In this document: positions 8,896 through 18,073 of the stretch, piece by piece
How the letters are laid out: each line of letters starts with the position of its first letter
Position numbering within the stretch: the stretch's first letter is position 1
NCBI GenBank assembly: GCA_035652395.1
Contig: DASRDX010000009.1
Location: 144,411 to 208,410, forward strand
Direction: 5' to 3'
Length of the DNA stretch: 64,000 nucleotides
Source: Minisyncoccota bacterium
GTDB lineage: Bacteria; Patescibacteriota; Minisyncoccia; Phycocordibacterales; CAJBRS01
The notes under the pieces: generated by a model
The model's input: the letters and a program-made list of their open reading frames with translations, nothing else
What the model was told of the DNA's origin: nothing
The model's database searches: none
Made by a program: the position numbers and the translations under genes

Positions 8896-9771
8896 ATGAA
8901 ACGGCGTCGAGCCATTGAGCCGTCACAATTAGGCAGACGAAGGCGTAGGAGACGATTAATAAAATTTCTTCTCTGGCTCCTTCTTTTGATTTTAATTGTG
9001 GTAGGAGCCAGTTTCCTCACTCACTGGTCCAAAATATCTGTTCAGAATATCGTGGTTAAAGGAAATGAAGTGACTTCCTCTTCCGATATTTCTTCTCTGG
9101 CTGAGTCGGACATGACTGGCAACTATTATTACCTCTTTTCCAGACGAAATATTTTACTTTTCCCTAAAGCTCAGATTGAGAATGATATTTTGAATCATCA
9201 CTCTCGTATTATGAGTGCCAGCATCAAACAGACCGCTTTGGATAAAATCGAAATTGATCTATCCGAGAGGAAGGCGATTGGTATTTGGTGTTTTGATATC
9301 AGTGCCACCACCAGTGCTTCCTGTTATTCAATCGATCAAACTGGTTACCTTTTTGACAAGGCACCCGAAATTTATGGGGCCAACTTCTTCACTTATTCGG
9401 GGCTGGTAGAACAAATTGATCCAATTGGTTCTAGATTTTTGCCAGCCGATCGATTTCAGGCTTTAAACAAATTCATCGCTGACCTTAGAAAGTTAAATAT
9501 TAATCCGGCTAGCTTAGTGGCCACTGATCTTTACGATTTTCAATTAAATTTAGACACGGGCGGCAAAATTCTTTTCAGCACTCGAGAGCCACTTGATCAG
9601 GCTCTGAGCAATTTGGAAATTGTGATTAATAAAAATAATCCAGATGGGGCAAGCATCGATCTTTCAAAAATCGATTACATTGATTTGCGCTTTGGCAACA
9701 AAATCAATTATAAGTTAAAGAGTGGTACCGCCGTTCAAAGCGCCACTACCTCTGCCAGCAGTACTCTTTAG
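8896..9771 (+). CDS. FtsQ/DivIB-like membrane protein
   Basis: Basic N-terminus, one TM helix, POTRA-like segment, and C-terminal YIDLRFGNK. Confidence 0.7.
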   Translation: MKRRRAIEPSQLGRRRRRRRLIKFLLWLLLLILIVVGASFLTHWSKISVQNIVVKGNEVTSSSDISSLAESDMTGNYYYLFSRRNILLFPKAQIENDILNHHSRIMSASIKQTALDKIEIDLSERKAIGIWCFDISATTSASCYSIDQTGYLFDKAPEIYGANFFTYSGLVEQIDPIGSRFLPADRFQALNKFIADLRKLNINPASLVATDLYDFQLNLDTGGKILFSTREPLDQALSNLEIVINKNNPDGASIDLSKIDYIDLRFGNKINYKLKSGTAVQSATTSASSTL

Positions 9772-9786
9772 TATAATATTCAAATC

Positions 9787-10920
9787 ATGGCTACCCTTAA
9801 TAATTTTGGAGAAGATCATAAACATGACCCGCTGGCGATGAAGACCCTTTCGGCTTCTTCAAGTTTTTTAAATGTGGAAATCAATATCCTAGGTTTTCGT
9901 CCGCATCACTATATTTTCTGGACGATCGCGGCTGTAATTCTAGGCGTTAGCGCCACTTATGGGGCAGTGCACGCCGGAGGCGTGGCTTATGAGTATTTAA
10001 AAGGGCCCCAAGCGGAGCTTGCGGCCAACCAACCTTCTGCAGAGCAGGGCTCTGACGATACGTTAAGTACCACCACTTCTGAAGAGCAGATTTCGGGCTT
10101 CTATAGCGTGCTTAATCCACGAAAGCCCCTACCTTTGAGTGCTTCGGCCTATCTGGTCGGCGATGTTGATACGGGCGATATCATTATTGAAAAAAATCAA
10201 AATGCTAAATGGCCGATGGCTTCCGTCACTAAACTGATGACTGCCACTGTGGAGCTCGAAACGCTTGATCAGCTCGCTTACGCCACTGTCACTCCGGCCA
10301 GCACAAAATACTATCCCCTAACAGGAGATTTAATTATGAATGAGACAGTTAAAATCAGTGATCTAAAATATCCGCTGTTAGTGGTGTCCAGTAATGTAGC
10401 TGCCGAAGTTTTTGCCAATTTTGTCGGGCGTGCCACATTCTTACAAGAATTGAATGACAAAGCCGCCACCTTAGGTATGAGTAACAGTCATTACAATGAT
10501 CCAAGTGGTCTTGATCCGAAAAGTTATTCCAGTGCTCTAGATTTGTTCAAATTATCGCAATATATAAAAGAGAATCATCCGGAAATATTTGATATTGGCC
10601 GCATCAGAGAATATTCAATTCTTGGTCACACTTGGATTAACCAGAATCATCAGCTTACTTACAAAAGTTTTGCCGGAGGCAAAAACGGTTTTACCGATCA
10701 AGCTGAACAATCAACAGTTTCTCTTTTCTATCTTTCATTTAATCCGAAAAATAAAAATGAGATTCGTACTATCGCTATTGTTCTCCTTCATACCAACGAT
10801 CGGACTGGGGATGTTTCCAAGATTTTAAATTACCTTTCAAGTAACATTCGTTATCAGCAGCAACCTTTGGATGTTGGTGGTACTCAACCAGGCCCGACCG
10901 GAGGAAATCTTGATCGCTAA
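9787..10920 (+). CDS. D-alanyl-D-alanine carboxypeptidase (peptidase S11)
   Basis: SxxK (ASVTK), SSN and GGKNG motifs; N-terminal TM helix. Confidence 0.85.
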   Translation: MATLNNFGEDHKHDPLAMKTLSASSSFLNVEINILGFRPHHYIFWTIAAVILGVSATYGAVHAGGVAYEYLKGPQAELAANQPSAEQGSDDTLSTTTSEEQISGFYSVLNPRKPLPLSASAYLVGDVDTGDIIIEKNQNAKWPMASVTKLMTATVELETLDQLAYATVTPASTKYYPLTGDLIMNETVKISDLKYPLLVVSSNVAAEVFANFVGRATFLQELNDKAATLGMSNSHYNDPSGLDPKSYSSALDLFKLSQYIKENHPEIFDIGRIREYSILGHTWINQNHQLTYKSFAGGKNGFTDQAEQSTVSLFYLSFNPKNKNEIRTIAIVLLHTNDRTGDVSKILNYLSSNIRYQQQPLDVGGTQPGPTGGNLDR

Positions 10921-10934
10921 TTTAAGAACGGGAT

Positions 10935-11918
10935 ATGAATCTGGGATTCTGGGCAAAATTAAAAAAGCCAATTATGGTCTTGGCTCCGATGGCAGATGTT
11001 ACAGATGCGGCTTTTCGGCGGGTGATTGCCAAATATGGCAAGCCGGATGTGATGTGGACGGAGTTTGTCTCGGCCGATGGGTTGGTTTTGGCTCCGAAAG
11101 AAGGTCGCGAGAAACTCTTGCGCGACCTTCAATTTAGTGAAACCGAACGCCCAATAGTGGCTCAGTTTTTTACCGCTCGGCCTGAAATGATGAAGAAAGC
11201 AGCCGAGCTTGCCAGCGAGCTCGGCTTTGATGGTATTGATATTAATATGGGCTGTCCTGACCGCAGTATTGAAAAACAAGGAGCGGGAGCAGCTCTTATT
11301 AATACACCGGAATTGGCCGCCGCTATCATTGCGGCGGCCAAAGAGGGAACGGAAGCGGCTGGCGCCCGACTAAATCGCCCGCCGCTTCCAGTCTCGGTCA
11401 AAACTCGCATTGGTTACAATAAAAATGAGATTGAAACTTGGTTGCCGGCCCTCCTTAAAACAGAGCCGGCTGTCATCACGGTGCATGCCCGCACCCGAAA
11501 AGAAATGTCGAAAGTGGCAGCTCATTGGGAGGTAGTGAGAAGAGCGGTAGAGATTCGGAATGGAATGAATTCCCAGACTCTCATTTTTGGCAATGGTGAT
11601 GTCTCGGATATTGAGGAGGCGCGCGCTAAAGCGCGCGCCTCCTCCGCCGACGGCATCATGCTCGGCCGCGCCATCTTCGGCAATCCTTGGCTCTTTTCGG
11701 AAACTCAACCAGCTCTTCCGGAAAAATTAAAGGTGCTGGTTGAACACACCTATCTATTTGAACAACTACTCGGTGATATTAAGAGCTTCGCTATTATGAA
11801 AAAACACTACAAAGCCTATGCCCAAGGCTTTGGGGGAGCCAAGGAACTCCGAATGGAGTTAATGGAAGCTAAAAATGCCAGAGAAGCAGAAAGAACAATA
11901 AACACATTTCTAGCTTGA
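10935..11918 (+). CDS. dus: tRNA-dihydrouridine synthase
   Basis: LAPMADVTD, INMGCP, VKTRIG, HART and GRAIFGNPW motifs. Confidence 0.95.
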   Translation: MNLGFWAKLKKPIMVLAPMADVTDAAFRRVIAKYGKPDVMWTEFVSADGLVLAPKEGREKLLRDLQFSETERPIVAQFFTARPEMMKKAAELASELGFDGIDINMGCPDRSIEKQGAGAALINTPELAAAIIAAAKEGTEAAGARLNRPPLPVSVKTRIGYNKNEIETWLPALLKTEPAVITVHARTRKEMSKVAAHWEVVRRAVEIRNGMNSQTLIFGNGDVSDIEEARAKARASSADGIMLGRAIFGNPWLFSETQPALPEKLKVLVEHTYLFEQLLGDIKSFAIMKKHYKAYAQGFGGAKELRMELMEAKNAREAERTINTFLA

Positions 11919-11942
11919 CTTTATTTTTTAAGGTGATATAAT
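11915..11942 (+). promoter_or_regulatory. Sigma70-type promoter
   Basis: TTGACT-N16-TATAAT with extended TG. Confidence 0.7.
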
Positions 11943-11948
11943 TTATTT

Positions 11949-12280
11949 GAATGAAAAAACTGAAAGCTCCCAGTGGGAGCCAGCTCTGTTCATTATTGGA
12001 TACGAAAAACGACGCGATCAGCTCGGACGGCGACGCCCATTGATCGGGCGGCGCGGTCACAACCCTTAACCGGCATGGCGCCAAAGGAGGTAAATAACGT
12101 AGCAGCCTGAGAGATTAATAGAGATAGGCTTCTATTTCTCTTAATTTTTCCGGCCTCGTCACGGCAAATCAAACATCGCCGCTAACAACCCACATACCGG
12201 GAAATGCGGCAACGTTAAAAGGTTTATCACTATTAGAAAAAGGCGGGGGCATTCGAAAGAGTGCTCCCGCCGATTTTTTT
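11949..12280 (+). ncRNA. Candidate ~330-nt transcript (ncRNA or short peptides)
   Basis: Bounded by the promoter and a terminator at 12242-12280; several hairpins; no ORF of 60 aa or more on this strand. Confidence 0.35.
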
Positions 12281-12395
12281 ATTTTGCAAAAAAGGGTATA
12301 ATTAAATCCCAGAAAGGAGATCATTCTATCGCAAGAAGGTAAAACTTCATCCCAGACCTAATCTCTTTTTTAAAGGGTAAGGTTTTTTCATACGG

Positions 12396-12428
12396 AGCGA
12401 GGTCAGCAATGACCTCGCTCTTCTTTTT
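12396..12428 (+). terminator. Intrinsic terminator
   Basis: GAGCGAGGTCA-GCAA-TGACCTCGCTC followed by a T-rich tract. Confidence 0.7.
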
Positions 12429-12442
12429 GCTATAATCCTTCT

Positions 12443-13495
12443 ATGTCAGAGACCGCTCTCTATCGAAAATATCGTCCAAAAAGTTTCAAGGAAGTAATGG
12501 GGCAAGATGAGATTGTAGATGTACTTCAGGGATCTATCAAACAGGGTAATATTGCTCACGCTTATTTATTTTGTGGCTCGCGGGGGACTGGGAAGACAAC
12601 CGTCGCTCGCATTCTGGCTAAAGCTATTGGTACCAGTAATAATGATTTGTATGAGATTGATGCGGCTTCTAGAAATAGCGTCGATGAAATCCGGGCTTTA
12701 AATGAAGCGGTTAACACTTTGCCGTATGAATCAAAATATAAAGTCTACATTCTGGACGAAGTCCACATGCTATCAAAGGCAGCCTTCAATGCCTTTCTGA
12801 AAACTTTGGAAGAGCCGCCGTCACACGTTGTTTTTATTTTAGCTACCACGGAAGCGGAAAAGTTGCCGGAGACGGTTGTCTCTCGCACCCAGCAATTTAC
12901 TTTTAAAAAACCTTCCCAAACAATTTTAAAAAAGATTGTCGAAAAGACCGCCAAGGAGGAAGGATATCAGATTGAAGCGGGCGGAGCAGATCTGATTGCC
13001 CTTTTAGGCGACGGCTCATTTCGTGACGCTCTAGGCATTTTGCAGAAAATTATCGGTTCAACTAATGATAAAAAAATTACTCTGGATGAGATTGAGAAAG
13101 TAACCGGTGCTCCGCGAGGCGAGCTTGTCAATAGTTTCGTCAAGGCCTTGGCTGAAAAGGATCTCGAAGAAGGTTTGGCCACGATTAAGAAGGCGGCCAA
13201 ACAAAATATTGATATGAAACTCTATCTGAAATTAATTCTGGAGAAAATGCGCCAAATCCTTCTTCTGCGTTATCAGAAGGATTTGCGCAGAGAGCTCGCC
13301 GGCGAGCTCTCCGCTTCCGACCTCACCTTCGTTGAGAAACTGGCCACCGATCCTACTCACACCATTTCCTCCGCCACTCTGGCTGAAATGCTCGGCATCT
13401 ACGACCAAATTGGCCGCACTCATATCCCCGAACTTCCACTGGAGCTGGCCCTAATCAAATTAATTGAGGTTCAAAATAAAAAAGCGATCAGTTAG
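12443..13495 (+). CDS. dnaX: DNA polymerase III gamma/tau subunit
   Basis: ALYRKYRP, GSRGTGKTT and DEVHMLSKAAFNAFLKTLEEPP motifs. Confidence 0.97.
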   Translation: MSETALYRKYRPKSFKEVMGQDEIVDVLQGSIKQGNIAHAYLFCGSRGTGKTTVARILAKAIGTSNNDLYEIDAASRNSVDEIRALNEAVNTLPYESKYKVYILDEVHMLSKAAFNAFLKTLEEPPSHVVFILATTEAEKLPETVVSRTQQFTFKKPSQTILKKIVEKTAKEEGYQIEAGGADLIALLGDGSFRDALGILQKIIGSTNDKKITLDEIEKVTGAPRGELVNSFVKALAEKDLEEGLATIKKAAKQNIDMKLYLKLILEKMRQILLLRYQKDLRRELAGELSASDLTFVEKLATDPTHTISSATLAEMLGIYDQIGRTHIPELPLELALIKLIEVQNKKAIS

Positions 13496-13502
13496 GATCG
13501 CT

Positions 13503-14324
13503 TCAATTTTTGGATTCATCAAAAACTGTAGTCAAAGCCCCAAGGCCACTGAGTAGGGTCAGTTGCTGATGAGCCCCGTCGAGATTGTGGGAAATAATTT
13601 CTGTTCCGTATCCGTCACCCATCTCTCGTATGCTCCCTTTATAATCGGTGTGCAATTCGCAAGCGTCGCCAGGGCAAGCAAAAAGCACCTGACCTCCGCG
13701 AAAAAAGGAACGGAATTGATTTCGGTTGAAACTTTCCACTTTTCCGTGAATAGTGGCGTAGGCCTTTTTCATGGCACGAATGCCGGGCTCAAAGGCCATT
13801 GGCTTCTCATAGGAGTCCGATTGCTGCTCAATGAATTTAACTAACGCCGGACTGGCATGGCCTCCCGTTGCGTGACCATGTCTATCCGCAGTGGCGCAAG
13901 TGCCGAGAGTAAAAAGCTGAGTCTCCTTTTGACCAAGCTCTTTGAGTGGCGGCCTCTCCAAGGCGAAAAGAAGAACTTGGAGAGTAAAGCAGACTTTGGC
14001 AATTTCAGATCGGGAGTATTGCTCTCGATAATCAAATCGAGGCAATTTGATCCGATAACTTAACCAGTCACCAATAGTCTCGCTAAGCGTAATGGCGTTG
14101 TTAATGCCGAAGCTCTCTTCGCCGAGACGGCACTCACATTTTTCAAAAAGCGGTAGGAAACCGAACTGGTCTTCCACGTTTCTGAATAAAGGTGTGCAGT
14201 CCTGATAATGATCGAGGAAGGCGATAGATGGACGATGTATTTGAATGAAAAGACCGTTCTTTTTGAAATCCCAAAGCAGATTAAACCACCGCGGTATGTC
14301 GGTTTGCATTATGAATTTTCTCAT
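13503..14324 (-). CDS. Hypothetical protein
   Basis: 273-aa ORF with AGGAG RBS; convergent with dnaX at a shared hairpin. Confidence 0.7.
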   Translation of the reverse strand: MRKFIMQTDIPRWFNLLWDFKKNGLFIQIHRPSIAFLDHYQDCTPLFRNVEDQFGFLPLFEKCECRLGEESFGINNAITLSETIGDWLSYRIKLPRFDYREQYSRSEIAKVCFTLQVLLFALERPPLKELGQKETQLFTLGTCATADRHGHATGGHASPALVKFIEQQSDSYEKPMAFEPGIRAMKKAYATIHGKVESFNRNQFRSFFRGGQVLFACPGDACELHTDYKGSIREMGDGYGTEIISHNLDGAHQQLTLLSGLGALTTVFDESKN

Positions 14325-14395
14325 GAACTTTCTCCTATGTTCAGGTTAGCACAAGATTTTTTTATCTCAAATTTTGATGATATTATTCCCAGCAT

Positions 14396-14466
14396 TGCGG
14401 GATCGTCTAATGGTAGGACATCGCCCTTTGGAGGCGAGTATCTTGGTTCGAGTCCAAGTCCCGCAG
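14396..14466 (+). tRNA. tRNA-Gln(TTG)
   Basis: TGCGGGA/TCCCGCA acceptor stem, CTTTGGA anticodon loop, TTCGAGT T-loop. Confidence 0.95.
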
Positions 14467-14492
14467 CCCGTAATTTCTGATATAATTTAAAT

Positions 14493-14744
14493 ATGCATTT
14501 CAAATCAGAAAAAATCTCACTTCTAATCCTGGCTATAACATCGCTTGTCTTCTCTAGGGTGATGTTTCTGTTTTTCAATGATCCCGAAGGCCCAAATCTT
14601 TTGGTAGTTGTAGGGGCAGCAGCCATAGTGTTTCTTCTCTCTTTAGCAGCATATTTTTTCAATTTCTCACGCTCTAAGAAACTTTTATTGGCAATTCTCA
14701 TTCAGATAATTATAGTTACTGGTTTCTATTTTGGGTTAGGCTAA
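14493..14744 (+). CDS. Small membrane protein
   Basis: Three hydrophobic segments and a DPEGPNLL loop. Confidence 0.7.
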   Translation: MHFKSEKISLLILAITSLVFSRVMFLFFNDPEGPNLLVVVGAAAIVFLLSLAAYFFNFSRSKKLLLAILIQIIIVTGFYFGLG

Positions 14745-14799
14745 AACATTTTGACTTTTTCTAATTTACTGCTAATTTCAGATTAGAAGAAAGGAAAAA

Positions 14800-15582
14800 A
14801 TGAATTTAACTCCATACGTCGGTATTACCGGCTTTGTCAGTCTTGAACAGGTTAAAACCTTGTCGGCAGTCTGGAAAAGTGTCAGACCCAAAGAATCAAC
14901 TCGGAAGCTTCATGTGGGAGTGATGACCAGTTACAAACATCATCACCATATCCCGCATGCCTATGAAAAAGCATTTCCTCTGGAGAATCGAATTGCCGAA
15001 ATTTTTGACTGCGCTGAGACTTACAATTGTCTCCATTATGTAGACTACGTCGGTCGCCCGAAACTCTGGGAAACTCTGACGGAGATCATTTCTCTGGGAG
15101 GAATTGGCCTACACGCCATTCAGCTCGACATGACTTGGCCGGATCCAACAGAAATCGCCAAGGGCGTTCAGGCTTCCAGAAAGAAGGTGGAAGTGATTCT
15201 GCAAATCGGTCTAAAGGCATTTGAGGCGGTTTATTCCGATCCGCTTCGGTTAGTTCGCAAACTTGAGGAATACGAAGACATTGTTCAGCGAGTTTCGCTC
15301 GATCAGAGTATGGGAAAAGGTCGGCCTCTGGCACCCAAAGAACTTTCGCGATTTATTCGGGCCATCAAGATCGCTTTCCCGAAAATGGCAATCACTGTGG
15401 CTGGAGGACTCGGACCAAAGACGGTTCATTTACTTGGATCCTTGGTCAAAGAAAGTCCCGATCTTAGTTGGGATGCTGAAGGAAAACTTCGAACTAGCGG
15501 CAGCAATCGCGATCCAATGGAAGTCCCGAGAGCTGTGGAATACCTGCGTTCTTCAGCGGAGTATTCGGAGGTCTCGCCGTAA
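14800..15582 (+). CDS. TIM-barrel protein, phosphoribosylanthranilate-isomerase-like
   Basis: IQL, LDQSMGKG, AGGLGP and WDAEGKLR motifs. Confidence 0.6.
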   Translation: MNLTPYVGITGFVSLEQVKTLSAVWKSVRPKESTRKLHVGVMTSYKHHHHIPHAYEKAFPLENRIAEIFDCAETYNCLHYVDYVGRPKLWETLTEIISLGGIGLHAIQLDMTWPDPTEIAKGVQASRKKVEVILQIGLKAFEAVYSDPLRLVRKLEEYEDIVQRVSLDQSMGKGRPLAPKELSRFIRAIKIAFPKMAITVAGGLGPKTVHLLGSLVKESPDLSWDAEGKLRTSGSNRDPMEVPRAVEYLRSSAEYSEVSP

Positions 15583-15618
15583 GGCGAGACCATTTTAATT
15601 TATAGTATTATTCTTATT

Positions 15619-16401
15619 ATGACTGAAGACGATTTTAAAGAAAAATTAAATCCGGAGCAGTATCGGGTGATGCGCGAGAAAGATACAGAACGGCCATATT
15701 CGGGAAGGTACTGGGATCATGAGGAGAAGGGAATTTATCTTTGTGCGGCCTGTAATAATCCGTTATTTACCTCTCTTTCCAAATTTGATTCGGAGACGGG
15801 CTGGCCGAGTTTTGCCAGGCCAGCCAAAAAGAGTCATCTGACAGAAATTGCCGCCTCTGGCGGTAGGACTGAAGTAACTTGCTCAAAATGCGGCGGGCAT
15901 CTCGGTTACTTACTTTCAAGAACTCCCGGCGAAAAACCGTATTATCAAGTCAACTCGGCTAGTTTAAAATTTCTGGATATGCCGGAATTGGATGACGAAG
16001 ATGATTCCGATCAAGATGAAGATAATCAGGACGGTTCCCAGAAGAATGCGTCAAAAGTAAAAGGTAACCCACAGACAGCTTCGAAAGTTAAGCTTCCGAC
16101 CATTTCTCTTCAAAATATGCTTTTTTTAGTAGCCGCCGCTTTAGCGGGCGGAGTTCTAGGCGGCTCCTATGGTGCTTATCTTTGTCAGACTAGTTCTCCT
16201 ATTGTGGCGGGCTCCTCGATAAGTAGTCCTGTTCCAGTCAGTACTTCTTCAATTTTACTTGCCCCTTCAACTCCTAAGAAACTTCCGAAATCTGCTGCTT
16301 CTAACCTTTCAAGCAGTAGCTCCTCCAGCACCAGCTCCAATCTCTCTAGCCCTATTACGGCCACCTCAGCTACAGCTACCGGCACAAAAGGCACGCCTTA
16401 A
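15619..16401 (+). CDS. MsrB-like domain fused to an acidic linker, TM helix and Ser-rich tail
   Basis: CAAC, SKFDSETGWPSF and CSKCGGHLG motifs; catalytic RYCxN replaced by YYQVN. Confidence 0.8.
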   Translation: MTEDDFKEKLNPEQYRVMREKDTERPYSGRYWDHEEKGIYLCAACNNPLFTSLSKFDSETGWPSFARPAKKSHLTEIAASGGRTEVTCSKCGGHLGYLLSRTPGEKPYYQVNSASLKFLDMPELDDEDDSDQDEDNQDGSQKNASKVKGNPQTASKVKLPTISLQNMLFLVAAALAGGVLGGSYGAYLCQTSSPIVAGSSISSPVPVSTSSILLAPSTPKKLPKSAASNLSSSSSSSTSSNLSSPITATSATATGTKGTP

Positions 16402-16428
16402 GTGGTCTTTTATATTGTAAGAATATAT

Positions 16429-16454
16429 TGTAAGAAATAGGCCCTCATTTCGGC
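16429..16454 (+). promoter_or_regulatory. Putative ECF-sigma promoter
   Basis: TGTAAG-N16-CGGC, same geometry as the sites at 27838 and 57018. Confidence 0.5.
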
Positions 16455-16506
16455 TTATATATAGGCAAACCGAAGGTTTGCCTATTATCAGTAATTAAAA
16501 TTAAAT

Positions 16507-17439
16507 ATGAAAAACAAACTTACTTTAAGCATTTTGGTCATGGCTCTGGCCTTCGCTGTAGGAACAAGCACGGCTTCGGCCCATGGTCTAAATTTCGGTC
16601 TCGGCGCTAAGGCGGATGTTAATAGTTCAAGCAACGTTAATCTAAAACATGACAGTCTCTTGAATGCCAATGTCGGGGCTAATGCGAATGCCAATCTCAA
16701 TGCCAACGCAGATTCCGATAAACATGAGGACGGAGACAATAATTCTGAAGATAATCAGAACAAGGTTGAATCACACGGCGATATAAAAGCCAATGTAAAC
16801 AATGGTTTATTCATGAACTTTGTTCATCGAATCTTCCCATTTTTCCACAATGGCTTTGCCGGAATTGTTGGTAGTGTTTCGGCCGTTAATGGCAACACTA
16901 TTAGCGTAATAGTTAACAACGGAAACGCTTCTTCTACTTACAGTGTGGATGTTTCAGCCGCAACTATTTCCAGAAATGGAGCTAGTTCTAGCGCCAGCTC
17001 TATTACTGTCGGAGACGTCGTAATTGTTTCCGGAACGATTAATGGAAATTCTGTAGTGGCTACTTCCGTTCGAGATACTTCTCGAGTAGATAAGAATCCT
17101 AAACCAAATCCTATTGTGATTACCGGAAACGGTCAGCCCGTAATTGGCGGAACCGTCACCGCAGTTAGTGGCAACACCGTTACCATTACTACTGCTTCCG
17201 GAAATGTGACTTACAATGTGGATGCCTCAAGTTCAGTCATCGCCAAGAACAAGGCTACTTCTACTGTCAGCGCCATCAGCGTTGGAGACCAAGTCATTGT
17301 TCAAGGTGCTGTCTCTGGAAATACCGTAAACGCTTCATCCATCATTGACGTTGGCATGAACGCTTCCTCAACTCATCAGGGTGGGGGAATCTGGAAATCA
17401 ATCGGTGGATTCTTCAAGCACCTCTTCGGATTCTTCTAA
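16507..17439 (+). CDS. Secreted protein with two OB-like repeats (DUF5666-like)
   Basis: Signal peptide; repeated G-V-AV-GNT...I-VGD-VIV-G units. Confidence 0.7.
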   Translation: MKNKLTLSILVMALAFAVGTSTASAHGLNFGLGAKADVNSSSNVNLKHDSLLNANVGANANANLNANADSDKHEDGDNNSEDNQNKVESHGDIKANVNNGLFMNFVHRIFPFFHNGFAGIVGSVSAVNGNTISVIVNNGNASSTYSVDVSAATISRNGASSSASSITVGDVVIVSGTINGNSVVATSVRDTSRVDKNPKPNPIVITGNGQPVIGGTVTAVSGNTVTITTASGNVTYNVDASSSVIAKNKATSTVSAISVGDQVIVQGAVSGNTVNASSIIDVGMNASSTHQGGGIWKSIGGFFKHLFGFF

Positions 17440-17457
17440 GAATTAACGACAGAATGA

Positions 17458-17499
17458 TTTAAAAAGGCAGCCGGCCGAAAGGCCGGCTGCCTTTTTAAA
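17458..17499. terminator. Bidirectional intrinsic terminator
   Basis: Perfect TTTAAAAAGGCAGCCGGCC-GAAA-GGCCGGCTGCCTTTTTAAA. Confidence 0.85.
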
Positions 17500-17516
17500 T
17501 GTGTTATTATATTTTC

Positions 17517-17918
17517 ATGGATTACGACGGTCCTAGCGCGGATAAATCTGAAAACGAGACCCCGGTAAAAGAAACTTATTATTACGCTGAACCGATCAGA
17601 GTTCTCTTTTTCATTGCCGCCATTATTATGCTGATCTGCTTTCCGCTTTTCAGTAACGTCATCAGTCTCAATATAATTTTTGTTTTATTCGGCATCATGT
17701 TAATCATCCTGGCCGGTTTTACCAATCGGAAATGGAAAACTGTTTTCTACATTAATGCCATTCTCTCACTTTTTATCATTGCGGTTCTAGAAGTTATTTC
17801 TCTTAATCTAAAGTTTAGTGATCATCCGTTTCTCGTACTCTTAAATCAGATATTAGCTTTATTGTTTGTGATTTCTCTCTATTTCTGTCTACGAACTATT
17901 AGAGGGTTTCTATTTTAG
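17517..17918 (+). CDS. Membrane protein
   Basis: Four hydrophobic helices. Confidence 0.7.
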   Translation: MDYDGPSADKSENETPVKETYYYAEPIRVLFFIAAIIMLICFPLFSNVISLNIIFVLFGIMLIILAGFTNRKWKTVFYINAILSLFIIAVLEVISLNLKFSDHPFLVLLNQILALLFVISLYFCLRTIRGFLF

Positions 17919-18073
17919 AATTCCCCTCCTTTTCCACACCTTATTCAGTCTTTATCCACCTTTATCTTTGACAAGAAGAGTTTCTCAGCGTAGAACTAGT
18001 AGTTACTAGTATTGACTAGAGGGATTATTAATAATCACGCAGAAATAAGCTTATTTCTGTCCTAAAATAATTT

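Noticed and set aside
11973-12110. Short frame ending ...EVNNVAA*, resembling a tmRNA tag
   Set aside because: No tRNA-like acceptor or T-arm ends of tmRNA (standard or permuted) are visible.
14321-14701. 126-aa minus-strand ORF and similar shadow ORFs (e.g. 2531-2719, 36654-37253, 62651-63121)
   Set aside because: They overlap tRNAs or well-supported genes and carry no recognisable motifs.
16461-16485. Hairpin ATAGGCAAACC-GAA-GGTTTGCCTAT as a third element copy
   Set aside because: The loop differs, and there is no antisense segment, TTGTG end or gene-end duplication.
17931-17960. Replication origin suggested by DnaA-box-like sequences
   Set aside because: Only two imperfect boxes, with no dnaA/dnaN context.
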